Assembly (NCBI GenBank): GCA_034664395.1 | Contig: JAXDHQ010000015.1 | Location: 705-64,704 of the forward strand | Origin: Solirubrobacteraceae bacterium | GTDB lineage: Bacteria > Actinomycetota > Thermoleophilia > Solirubrobacterales > Solirubrobacteraceae | Reading direction: 5' to 3' | DNA: 64,000 nt | Notes under the pieces: generated by a model | The model's database searches: none | Seen by the model: only the letters and a program-made list of their open reading frames with translations | What the model was told of the DNA's origin: nothing | Part shown: piece after piece, positions 17,414 to 25,678 of the stretch | How the letters are laid out: every line of letters starts with the position of its first letter | How positions within the stretch are numbered: position 1 is the stretch's first letter | Program-made: the position numbers and the translations under genes

Positions 17414-19612
17414 TTGCAGCGGCTTCGTCACCTCATGTCGGCCTCGTGCGACCACGACCGGCTCGCCAGCCCCGGCGCGCTCGAGCTCGCCGTGCGCGTC
17501 GGCGGCGTGCTGTGGCTGAGCGGCGCCGCGATGCTCCTGCTGATCCTCGCCCTGCCGGGGCGCGAGCTCCCGGACCAGTGGCTGATCGTGCTGCTGGCCG
17601 CGTTCGGCGTGGTCCTCGGCGCCGCCATGCTGCTGGTCGTCCGCGCCGGCCGCGCGTCGGTGTCCCTCGCCCACGTCGCACCCGTCCTCGGCCTCGCGAT
17701 GACGGCCGCGCTCGCGCCGCTCACCGGCGGGACCGACTCCCCCGCGCGCGAGTACGTGTGGTTCGCCGTCGTCTACGCCAGCCTGTTCTTCCCGCTCCGC
17801 CAAGCGGTCGGCTACTGGCTGGCGTGCGGCGTGGTGCACGCCCTGCCCCTCTTCTACGAGGGCGGCGCGACGGAGGCCAACCTGCTGCGCGAGCTGGCGA
17901 TCGTCGTGCCGATGTACGTGCTCGTGGGCAGCATCGTGATCGCCGGGCGCGAGCTCTTCGGCGGCGCGTCCCAGCGCGCGGCCGAGCTCGAGGCCGAGCA
18001 GCGGGCGATGGCCGAGGAGCAGTCCTCCCTGCGGCGCGTGGCCACCGCGGTCGCCGCCGGCTCGCCGCCGACCGGCACGTTCGCGCTCGTCTCCTCGGAG
18101 GCGGGACGCCTCCTGCGCGCCGACGCCGCCGCCATCGGTCGCTTCCAGGGCGACGACCGCTCGATCGCCCTCGGACGCTGGGCGCGCGAGGCGGCCGACC
18201 GCACCGAGCCCGGCGGCAGCCGCGCGCTGCATCCCGGAGACCTCCTGTACCGCCTCCGGCACGAGGGCGCCACCGTCCGCGAGGACGCCGGGCCGGGACG
18301 CCACCGCTCGCGCCTGGCCGCACCGGTCCACGTGGGCGCGTCGCTGTGGGGGGCGCTCGTGGTCGCCGCCCGCGACTCGGGCGCGTTCGGCGCGGACGCC
18401 GAGCGCCGCCTGCAGGACTACGCCGACCTCATCGCCACCGCCGTCGCCAACGCCGAGGACCGCGCCCGGCTGGAGACCCAGGCGGCGACCGACCCGCTCT
18501 CGGGGCTTCCCAACCACCGCGCCTTCCGCGAGCGCCTGGAGCACGAGGCCGCCCGCGCGCGGCGCCACCGGCGCCCGCTGACGATCGCGCTGTTCGACGT
18601 CGACGCCTTCGGCGAGCTCAACGACCGGGTCGGCCTCGAGGCGGCCGACACGACGCTGGTCGAGATCGGCGAGCTGCTGCGCGGCGCCGTGCGCGAGGAG
18701 GACGTCGTGGCGCGGATGGGCGGCGACGAGTTCGGGGTCATCCTCGTGGAGAGCGACCGCCATGACGCGCTGGTCATGGCCGACCGCGCCCGCCGCATCG
18801 TGGCCCAGGCGCCCCTGCGCCATCACCTGCGCGCGACGGTCTCGGTGGGCCTGTGCGACCTCGACTCGGCGGCGACGACCGACGAGCTGCTGTGCCGCGC
18901 CGAGGCGTCGCTGTCGTGGGCCAAGCAGCACGGGCGCGACCTGTGCTGGGTCTACGACCGCACGGTCGTGCGCGAGGTCGCCGGCAGCGTCCGCGACTCC
19001 TCGGTCGACCGCACGCACGCGCTGGTCGGGCTGCGCGCCCTGGCGCGCACGATCGACGCCAAGGACGCGGCCACGTGCGAGCACTCCGAGCGCGTCGCCG
19101 CGATGGCGGCGCGCCTGGCCGCCGCCCGCGGCTGGTCGCCGGACCGGGTCGCGCTCCTGCGCGAGGCGGCGATGCTGCACGACGTGGGCAAGATCGGCGT
19201 GCCCGACGCGATCCTGCTCAAGGAGGACCGCCTGACCCAGGAGGAGTTCTCCACCGTTCGCGAGCACCCGGTGCTCGGGGCGCGCATCGCCAGCGACGTC
19301 CTCGACGACGAGCAGGTCACCTGGATCGCGTGCCACCACGAGCGCCCCGACGGCCGCGGCTATCCGTCGGGACTGGGCGGCGCCGAGCTGTCCGAGGGCG
19401 CGGCGCTGCTCGCGCTGGCCGACGCGTGGGACGCGATGGTCTCGCGGCGCTCCTACAGCCCCGCGATGCGCGTGGCCGAGGCGCTGCACGAGGCGCGCGT
19501 GTGCGCCGGCTCGCAGTTCGACCGCGCGGCGGTCGACGCGCTGGAGACGGTCGCCGTCAGCCGCGAGCTGATGGTCACCGCCGCGCGGCTGCACCAGCCG
19601 ACGGCGGCGTAG
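17414..19612 (+). CDS. Membrane-anchored GAF-GGDEF-HD-GYP signalling protein (c-di-GMP synthesis and hydrolysis domains)
   Basis: 732 aa, TTG 17414 (alternative ATG 17435). Hydrophobic N-terminal ~190 aa, a GAF-like segment, ..RMGGDEFGVIL.. (GGDEF), then ..LHDVGKIGVPD.. and ..HHERPDGRGYPSGL.. (HD-GYP). Confidence 0.88.
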   Translation: MQRLRHLMSASCDHDRLASPGALELAVRVGGVLWLSGAAMLLLILALPGRELPDQWLIVLLAAFGVVLGAAMLLVVRAGRASVSLAHVAPVLGLAMTAALAPLTGGTDSPAREYVWFAVVYASLFFPLRQAVGYWLACGVVHALPLFYEGGATEANLLRELAIVVPMYVLVGSIVIAGRELFGGASQRAAELEAEQRAMAEEQSSLRRVATAVAAGSPPTGTFALVSSEAGRLLRADAAAIGRFQGDDRSIALGRWAREAADRTEPGGSRALHPGDLLYRLRHEGATVREDAGPGRHRSRLAAPVHVGASLWGALVVAARDSGAFGADAERRLQDYADLIATAVANAEDRARLETQAATDPLSGLPNHRAFRERLEHEAARARRHRRPLTIALFDVDAFGELNDRVGLEAADTTLVEIGELLRGAVREEDVVARMGGDEFGVILVESDRHDALVMADRARRIVAQAPLRHHLRATVSVGLCDLDSAATTDELLCRAEASLSWAKQHGRDLCWVYDRTVVREVAGSVRDSSVDRTHALVGLRALARTIDAKDAATCEHSERVAAMAARLAAARGWSPDRVALLREAAMLHDVGKIGVPDAILLKEDRLTQEEFSTVREHPVLGARIASDVLDDEQVTWIACHHERPDGRGYPSGLGGAELSEGAALLALADAWDAMVSRRSYSPAMRVAEALHEARVCAGSQFDRAAVDALETVAVSRELMVTAARLHQPTAA

Positions 19613-19618
19613 CGCGGG

Positions 19619-20614
19619 CTACTCCCCGCCGACGAGCGACCCGTACGCGTCGGGCCGTCGGGTGCTCAGGAACGGGAACAGCGTCAGCCAGTCGCGGCGC
19701 TGGTCGAGGTCGAGGTCGGCGACCAGGACGGTCGGGCGGTCGCGGGGTGCCTGGACGAGCTTGCGGCCGTAGGGATCGGACATGAACGAGGAGCCGTAGA
19801 AGGAGATCCTCGAGGGGGACCCACCTCCGGCGGCCACGTGGCCGCCGTCGGCACCCCCAGGGCCCTCCGTCCCGATCCGGTTCACGGCGACCATGAACGT
19901 CCCGTTGGCGATCCCGTTGGCGATGATCACCCGCTCCCAGAGCGGCTCGGTGTCGAAGTCGGGGTGATCGGGCTCGGAGCCGATCGCCGTCGGGTAGACG
20001 AGGACCTCGGCCCCGGCCAGCGAGTAGGCGCGCGCGAGCTCCGGGAACCACTGGTCCCAGCACGTCGGGAAGCCCAAGCGGGCCTCGCCCACGTCGACGA
20101 CCGGGAACGCGTCGTCGCCGGCCGGCCCGGGCCGGAAGTAGCGGTCCTCGTAGTAGCCGGCCGTGACCGGGATGTGGAGCTTGCGCGTGCGCGCGGCCAG
20201 CGCCCCGTCGGGGCCCATGACCACGGCGGTGTTGAACCCGAGGCCGTCGTCGGCGTCGGCGCGCTCGTAGAGCGACGCGTGCACGTGGATCCCCAGCTCG
20301 CGCGCGAGCTCGGCGGCGAACGCGCACGTCGGCCCGTCGGGCACCGGCTCGGGCTCCGCGCCGGCCGCCCGCGGGCCGTCGGCGGTGATGGCGAAGTACG
20401 GCGAGAGCGTCAGCTCCTGCAGGCACACGAGCGTCGCCCCCTGCTCGGCGGCCAGCCGCACGGCCGCGGTCAGCGCGGCGCGGTGCTCGTCGGGGTCGGG
20501 GTGCCAGCGGTGCTGCACGGCGCCGACGCGCAGCGGCGCGCGCGTCGGCTCCTCCACGCGCGCGTACGACGGCGGCGGGTCGCCGAGGGCGGTGACCAGC
20601 TCGAGCTCGCTCAC
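19619..20614 (-). CDS. aguB: N-carbamoylputrescine amidase (carbon-nitrogen hydrolase family)
   Basis: 331 aa, GTG start. CN-hydrolase pattern ..LVCLQELTLSPYF.. and catalytic Cys in ..LGFPTCWDQWFPE.. It lies in an operon with agmatine deiminase. Confidence 0.8.
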   Translation of the reverse strand: MSELELVTALGDPPPSYARVEEPTRAPLRVGAVQHRWHPDPDEHRAALTAAVRLAAEQGATLVCLQELTLSPYFAITADGPRAAGAEPEPVPDGPTCAFAAELARELGIHVHASLYERADADDGLGFNTAVVMGPDGALAARTRKLHIPVTAGYYEDRYFRPGPAGDDAFPVVDVGEARLGFPTCWDQWFPELARAYSLAGAEVLVYPTAIGSEPDHPDFDTEPLWERVIIANGIANGTFMVAVNRIGTEGPGGADGGHVAAGGGSPSRISFYGSSFMSDPYGRKLVQAPRDRPTVLVADLDLDQRRDWLTLFPFLSTRRPDAYGSLVGGE

Positions 20615-20624
20615 GGGCGCCAGT

Positions 20625-21674
20625 CTAGGACGGCACCCCCAGCTCGACCTTCTTGGCCTCGACGTCGATGCCGTGCAGGCGCGCGAGGTTCTCGCCGAGG
20701 ACCTTGCGCTTCGCCTGCTCGGTGAACTGCGGGTAGCCGCGCTCCTCGACGATGTCGCGCGGCAGCTCGAAGTTCCACAGCTCCTCGAGCGCCCACTGCG
20801 GGTGCCAGATCGGCGACTCGCCGCCGTAGAGGATCTTGTCCTCGCCGCACCACCAGAGCATCTTGCCCAGCATCTCGGCGAACACCCGCGGCTGGCGGGA
20901 GATGAAGTTCACCGTCGCCGCGATCGAGGCGTAGAGGTTGGGGAAGCGCACGATCTGCCAGAGCACCTCGTCCATCCACGGCAGCCCGACGTGGAAGATG
21001 ACGAAGTTGATGTCCGGGAAGTTCGCCGCGGCGCCGTCCATGTCGAACGTGCGGGTGTGCTCGACCGGCTGCGGGCCGAGCGGCACGCCCTTGTGGACGC
21101 CGATGAGGTTGATCCCGAGCTCCTGCGCGCGCTCGAACACCGGGAAGGCGATGCGCGGGTCGTCCATGCGCCACGGGAACGGCTGGCCGTAGTCGTAGCG
21201 CACGTTGTAGAACTTGAACGCGCGGGCGCCGTGGTCCTCGACCTGGCGGGTCATGAGGTCGAGCGCCTTCCTGCCCTCCAGCGGGTTGACCGATCCCCAG
21301 AAGACCGCGCGGTCGGGGTGCTTGGCCGCCATCTCGGCGCACTTCTCCCAGGGCGACAGGCCGTCGTGGAAGAGGTCGGTCAGCGGCAGCGGCTGGGCGA
21401 CGATCATGTCGGTGTCCGAGCCCTCGATGACCATGTCGTAGATCTCGTCGACGCTCCACTCGCGCATGAACTCCTCGCGCGACAGGATCGGCTCGCCCTC
21501 GCGGGTGAGGAGCTGGTGGAAGGCGTAGAGGTGCTCGTCGAACATCTCGCCGGGCGGCCCGATCGCGTTGGCCTTGTCGAAGTTGAAGACGTGGCAGACG
21601 CAGTCGAAGACGAAGGCCTTGACCTTGCGCTCGCGCGCGCCGCTCTCGGCGGCGGTGGTCTCGGTGGTGGCCAT
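20625..21674 (-). CDS. Amidohydrolase_2-type metal-dependent hydrolase (TIM barrel), substrate unknown
   Basis: ATG 21674 within ORF 20625..21887 (349 aa): ..KAFVFDCVCHVF.., ..GARAFKFY.., ..GVHKG.., ..FVIFHVG.., ..LYGGESP.. These resemble the ACMSD/amidohydrolase-2 strand-end motifs. Confidence 0.7.
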   Translation of the reverse strand: MATTETTAAESGARERKVKAFVFDCVCHVFNFDKANAIGPPGEMFDEHLYAFHQLLTREGEPILSREEFMREWSVDEIYDMVIEGSDTDMIVAQPLPLTDLFHDGLSPWEKCAEMAAKHPDRAVFWGSVNPLEGRKALDLMTRQVEDHGARAFKFYNVRYDYGQPFPWRMDDPRIAFPVFERAQELGINLIGVHKGVPLGPQPVEHTRTFDMDGAAANFPDINFVIFHVGLPWMDEVLWQIVRFPNLYASIAATVNFISRQPRVFAEMLGKMLWWCGEDKILYGGESPIWHPQWALEELWNFELPRDIVEERGYPQFTEQAKRKVLGENLARLHGIDVEAKKVELGVPS

Positions 21675-21676
21675 GG

Positions 21677-22057
21677 TCACGCTCCTTGGGACTCGTGCGC
21701 CAGCCGGCGCTCGCGATAGGGGATGAGCTCGTCGAGGGGCATCTCGAGCTCGGCGCGGGCCGCGTCGGAGAGCCGGTCGGTCGTCCAGACCGGGTCCCAC
21801 ACGACCTCGACGGCGACCGTCTCGACGCCGTCGACGCGGCGCAGGCGGTCGGGGATGGCGCTCGACATCGACGCCACGAACGGGCACCAGCCGGTGGTGA
21901 GGACGAGGTCGACCTCGACGTGCGAGCCGTCGACGCGCACGTCCTCGACTACGCCCATGTCGACGATGCTCAGGCCCCGGTCGGCGCAGCAGGGGTCGTA
22001 CACCTCCCCCAGCGCGGCCAGCACCGTCGCGCGGTCGGGGGCTCGGACGTGGGTCAT
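21677..22057 (-). CDS. DUF59 / MIP18-family (PaaD/SufT-like) protein
   Basis: ATG 22057 (126 aa): ..VLAALGEVYDPCCADRGLSIVDMGVV..VDLVLTTGWCPF.. is a typical DUF59 pattern. 4-nt overlap with the upstream gene. Confidence 0.75.
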   Translation of the reverse strand: MTHVRAPDRATVLAALGEVYDPCCADRGLSIVDMGVVEDVRVDGSHVEVDLVLTTGWCPFVASMSSAIPDRLRRVDGVETVAVEVVWDPVWTTDRLSDAARAELEMPLDELIPYRERRLAHESQGA

Positions 22058-22713
22058 GGCTGCCCTCCCTGGTCGTCGACGACCAGGCGGAACCCGGTCG
22101 TCGCGGTGGCGCGCCCGGGGTCGGCGGCGAGCGCCCGGGCGGCGCGCACCCCCCAGGCGTGGTCGAGGTAGGAGCCGCCGCGCACGGCGCGCCAGGCGCC
22201 GTCCTCGGTGCGGTCGGACACCCACTCCCAGACGTTGCCGGCGAGCTGCTCGGCGCCGCACGCGCTGGCGCCGGACGGATGCGCGGTCACCGGGGCGGTC
22301 CAGCCCCAGCCCGACTCCACGCACGCGCAGCGCTCGTGGTCGAACACGTCGCCCCACGGCCACGGCCGGTCGTCGTGCCCGCGCGCGGCGGCCTCCCACT
22401 CGTCGCCGTTCGGCAGGCGCCCGCCCGCCCACGCGCAGAAGTCGGCCGCCTCGTCGAACGTGACGTCGGTCGCGGGATGGTCGGCGAGCTGGGGCTCGGC
22501 CAGCTTGCGGGCGAGCACGCCGGACACGGTCCGGCCGGTCTCGGCCACGAAGCGCGCGACGTGGGCGTTGACCACCGGGTAGCGGCCGACGAGCAGCGCG
22601 GGCAGCGTGACGTCTCGCTGCACCCCGGCGTCGCCGAGCCGGTAGCGACCCGCCGCCAGCTCGACGCACTCGTCGAGCGGCGGTACCGCGCTCGCCAGGC
22701 TCCAGGTGGCCAC
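22054..22713 (-). CDS. FGE-sulfatase (SUMF1/EgtB/PvdO) domain protein, short, without the FGE cysteine pair
   Basis: 219 aa, GTG 22713: ..FCAWAGGRLPNGDEWEAAARG.., ..LAGNVWEWV.., ..RGGSYLDHAWGVRAAR..TGFRLVV.. No Cys is present where FGE carries its catalytic pair. Confidence 0.75.
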   Translation of the reverse strand: MATWSLASAVPPLDECVELAAGRYRLGDAGVQRDVTLPALLVGRYPVVNAHVARFVAETGRTVSGVLARKLAEPQLADHPATDVTFDEAADFCAWAGGRLPNGDEWEAAARGHDDRPWPWGDVFDHERCACVESGWGWTAPVTAHPSGASACGAEQLAGNVWEWVSDRTEDGAWRAVRGGSYLDHAWGVRAARALAADPGRATATTGFRLVVDDQGGQP

Positions 22714-22761
22714 CGTGCGCCGACGCTAACCCGCGCCGGGTGCCCACCGCAAGCACGATCG

Positions 22762-23733
22762 TCAGCCGGCCGCCGGGACCTGCTGGGTGATGCAGTGCGG
22801 GCCGCCGCCGCCGTAGGCGATGACGGCGCCCGGGACCCCGACCACCTGGCGGTCGGGATAGGCGGCCTCGATGCGCTCGAGCGCCTCGCCGTCGGTCTCG
22901 GCGCCGGCCATCGGCACCACGACCGCTCCGTTGCAGAGGTAGAAGTTCAGGTGCGAGACGGCCACGCGCTCGCCGGCGACCTCGGCCGTCGGGAGCAGCG
23001 GGAAGTCGACGACCTCCAGGCCGGCGGCCTGCAGGCGGGCGCGGTTGTCGGCCATGCGCTCGTGGCTGGGCTGCCCCGGCGCGACCGACTGCAGCAGCAC
23101 CTCGCCCGGCCGCGTGAACGCCGCGACGAGGTCGACGTGGCCGTCGGTGTCGCGATCCTCGGCCAGGCCCTGCCCGAGCCACACGACGGTCGTCGCGCCG
23201 AGGTGCTCGCGCAGTCCCTGCTCGAGCTCCTCGCGGGCCAGGCCCGGATTGCGGTTGGGGTTCAGCAGGCACTGCTCGGTGGTGAGCAGCGTCCCCTCGC
23301 CGTCGACGCAGACCGAGCCGCCCTCGAGCACGAACGGCGCGTCGTAGCGGCGGTCGCCGAGGCGGTCGACGAGCACGCGCCCGACGGCGGCGTCGCGCTC
23401 CCAGGAGTCGAACTTGCCGCCCCAGGCGTTGAAGCCGAAGTGCACGCCGGCGCGTCGCCCGTCGGCGTCGACGACGAAGATCGGGCCGTTGTCGCGCAGC
23501 CACGAGTCGTCGATCGGCAGCTCGACGATCTCGGCGCCGCCGGTGAGCGCCGCGCGCGCCTCGTCGGCGTCGGCGGCCGTCGCGCACACCATCGTCAGCG
23601 GCTCGAAGGCGAGGATCGCGTTGGCGGTCGCCGCGTAGTCCGCCTTGGCCCGCGCGAGCTGGTCGCCCCACAGCTCGCGCCGGCACGGCCAGGCCATCAG
23701 CGTGCGCTCGTGCGGCGCCCACTCGGCCGGCAT
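22762..23733 (-). CDS. aguA: Agmatine deiminase
   Basis: 323 aa: MPAEWAPHERTLMAWP.., ..WLRDNGPIFV.., C-terminal ..GGGPHCITQQ (catalytic Cys). Confidence 0.9.
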   Translation of the reverse strand: MPAEWAPHERTLMAWPCRRELWGDQLARAKADYAATANAILAFEPLTMVCATAADADEARAALTGGAEIVELPIDDSWLRDNGPIFVVDADGRRAGVHFGFNAWGGKFDSWERDAAVGRVLVDRLGDRRYDAPFVLEGGSVCVDGEGTLLTTEQCLLNPNRNPGLAREELEQGLREHLGATTVVWLGQGLAEDRDTDGHVDLVAAFTRPGEVLLQSVAPGQPSHERMADNRARLQAAGLEVVDFPLLPTAEVAGERVAVSHLNFYLCNGAVVVPMAGAETDGEALERIEAAYPDRQVVGVPGAVIAYGGGGPHCITQQVPAAG

Positions 23734-23759
23734 GCGGAAGCCGTCCGCGGCCGGGGTGC

Positions 23760-24131
23760 TCAGTGGCGCGCCTTCCGCGTCCGGTTGCGCTCCTCCTGGC
23801 GCTCGACCACGTTGATGATCAGGCGCATGTACTGCTCGACGCCGGTGGCCTTGGCGTGGCCGTTGATGAAGGCGTCGCGCCAGTCGGCGACGCGGGCGCC
23901 GTGCTCGACCATCGCGTTGAAGAACTCGCGGCGCATCTCGACCCGGATGCGGGCGTCGGCGCCGATGTCCTTGCGGACCTCGAGGTCGGGCATCTGCAGG
24001 CGGAACTGCTGCGTGTCGCCGCGTCCGTGCAGGTCGATGCCGACCACGAGCGTGAGCGGCTTGAGCGCCGGCACCTCGTCGAGGAACGTCCGGACCGCCT
24101 GGTCGATGAGCGTCTTCGCGTCCTCCGCCAT
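23760..24131 (-). CDS. SCP2 (sterol-carrier-like) domain protein
   Basis: ATG 24131 within ORF 23760..25136 (123 aa): ..FLDEVPALKPLTLVVGIDLHGRGDTQQFRLQMPD..VRKDIGADARIRVEMRREFFNAMVEHG..WRDAFINGHAKATG.. Confidence 0.65.
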   Translation of the reverse strand: MAEDAKTLIDQAVRTFLDEVPALKPLTLVVGIDLHGRGDTQQFRLQMPDLEVRKDIGADARIRVEMRREFFNAMVEHGARVADWRDAFINGHAKATGVEQYMRLIINVVERQEERNRTRKARH

Positions 24132-24155
24132 GGGCGGTGACTGTAGCGTGGAGCC
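24132..24155. promoter_or_regulatory. 24-bp divergent gap with back-to-back candidate -10 boxes (both genes probably leaderless)
   Basis: Sequence CAT-GGGCGGTGACTGTAGCGTGGAGCC-ATG. TAGCGT lies 6 nt before ATG 24156. On the other strand TACAGT lies 7 nt before ATG 24131. Both fit the TANNNT form. Confidence 0.4.
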
Positions 24156-24902
24156 ATGGAGCTCGGCCTGATCCGCCATGCCACGCTGCGCGTCGACGTC
24201 GCGGGGCTCGCGCTGCTCGTCGACCCGATGCTGGCTCCCGCCGGGGCGTACGACCCGGTGGCGGGCACGGCGAACCCGCGCCGCAACCCGCTGGTCGACC
24301 TGCCGGTGCCGGCGCGCGACGTCGTCGACCGCCTCGACGGCGTGCTCGTCACCCACCTGCACAACGACCACCTCGATCCGGTGGCGGTCGAGCTGCTCGA
24401 CCCCGGCCTGCCCGTCGCGTGCCAGCCCGGCGACGAGGCGGCGCTGCACGGTCGCGGCTTCAGGGACGTGCGTCCGGTCGACGGGGCGATCGACCTGGCG
24501 GGCGTCGGCGTGGCGCGCACCGGCGGGCGCCACGGCACCGGCGAGATCGGCGAGCGCATGGGCCCGGTCTCGGGCTTCGTCGTCCGCGCGCCCGGCGAGC
24601 CCGTCCTCTACGTCGCCGGCGACACGATCTGGTGCGACGAGGTCGAGCAGGCGCTGGCCGAGCACGACCCCGACGTCGTCGTGGTCAACTCCGGCGCCGC
24701 GCGCTTCCTGGAGGGCGACCCGATCACCATGGACGCCGACGACGTCATCGCCACCGCGCGCGCGGCCCGCGGCGTCGTGGTGGCCGTCCACATGGAGGCG
24801 ATGAACCACTGCGCGCTGACGCGCGCCGCGCTGCGCGACGCGGTCGCCGCGGCGGGGGTGGAGGTCCTGATCCCGGCGGATGGGGAGAGGTTGGAGCTGT
24901 GA
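24156..24902 (+). CDS. MBL-fold metallo-hydrolase
   Basis: 248 aa with the ..VLVTHLHNDHLD.. (HxHxDH) motif. Confidence 0.8.
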   Translation: MELGLIRHATLRVDVAGLALLVDPMLAPAGAYDPVAGTANPRRNPLVDLPVPARDVVDRLDGVLVTHLHNDHLDPVAVELLDPGLPVACQPGDEAALHGRGFRDVRPVDGAIDLAGVGVARTGGRHGTGEIGERMGPVSGFVVRAPGEPVLYVAGDTIWCDEVEQALAEHDPDVVVVNSGAARFLEGDPITMDADDVIATARAARGVVVAVHMEAMNHCALTRAALRDAVAAAGVEVLIPADGERLEL

Positions 24903-25005
24903 AGCGAGCCTGCGCAGAGTCGCGACGCTCGAGGTGTCCTCCGTCGCACGTGGCGCCCGCTCGCCGGGGGTGGGCTCGTTTGACCCCCGCAGAGCGAGAC
25001 GCCCC
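24903..25005 (-). repeat. Fragment of the dispersed intergenic repeat, inverted orientation (copy E)
   Basis: The reverse complement reads GGGGGCGTCTCG..CGAGCCCACCCCCGGCGAGCGGGCGCCACGTGCGACGGAGGACACCTCGAGCGTCGCGACTCTGCGCAGGCT. This is colinear with 41232-41300 (copy B) and 47925-47975 (copy C). Confidence 0.65.
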
Positions 25006-25638
25006 CTACCCCGTCGTCCCGAACACGCGGTCGCCCGCGTCGCCGAGGCCGGGGCGGATGTACCCGCGCTCGTCGAGCTGGCGGTCCAGCGCGGCGGTCC
25101 AGATCGGGACGTCGGGATGGGCGTCGTGCACCGCACGGACGCCCTCGGGCGCCGCCACGAGGCAGATGAGGCGCAGGCGCCGGGCGCCGTTGGCCTTCAG
25201 GCGGTCGAGCGACGCCACGGCGCTGCCGCCGGTGGCGAGCATCGGGTCGAGCAGGAACACGAGCCCCTCGCCCAGGCTCGGCGGCAGCCGCTCGAAGTAG
25301 CCGGTCGGCTCGAGCGTGTCCTCGTCGCGCGCCATCCCGAGGTGGCCCACGCGCGCGTCGGGCAGCAGCCGCAGGAACCCCTCGACCATCCCGAGACCGG
25401 CCCGCAGCACGGGGACGATCGTGATGTCCTCCTCCAGGCGCCGGGCGGTGAGCGGCTCCAGCGGCGTCTGGATCGGGCGCTCCACCGTCGGCAGGTCGCG
25501 CGTGGCCTCGATCGCGAGGATCGACGACGCCTCGTGCAGCGCGCGCCGGAACGCGCCGTGGGGCGTGCTCGCGTCGCGCAGGACGGCGAGGCGATCCTCG
25601 AGGATCGGGTGCGCCACGACCGTCAGCTCCTCGGGCAT
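25006..25638 (-). CDS. upp: Uracil phosphoribosyltransferase
   Basis: 210 aa: ..HPILEDRLAVLRD.., ..LLDPMLATGGSA.. (PRPP loop), ..YIRPGLGDAGDR.. Confidence 0.92.
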   Translation of the reverse strand: MPEELTVVAHPILEDRLAVLRDASTPHGAFRRALHEASSILAIEATRDLPTVERPIQTPLEPLTARRLEEDITIVPVLRAGLGMVEGFLRLLPDARVGHLGMARDEDTLEPTGYFERLPPSLGEGLVFLLDPMLATGGSAVASLDRLKANGARRLRLICLVAAPEGVRAVHDAHPDVPIWTAALDRQLDERGYIRPGLGDAGDRVFGTTG

Positions 25639-25678
25639 GAGGGCGCGATCCTCTCACGCACGTTAGGTTCCGCGGCGC

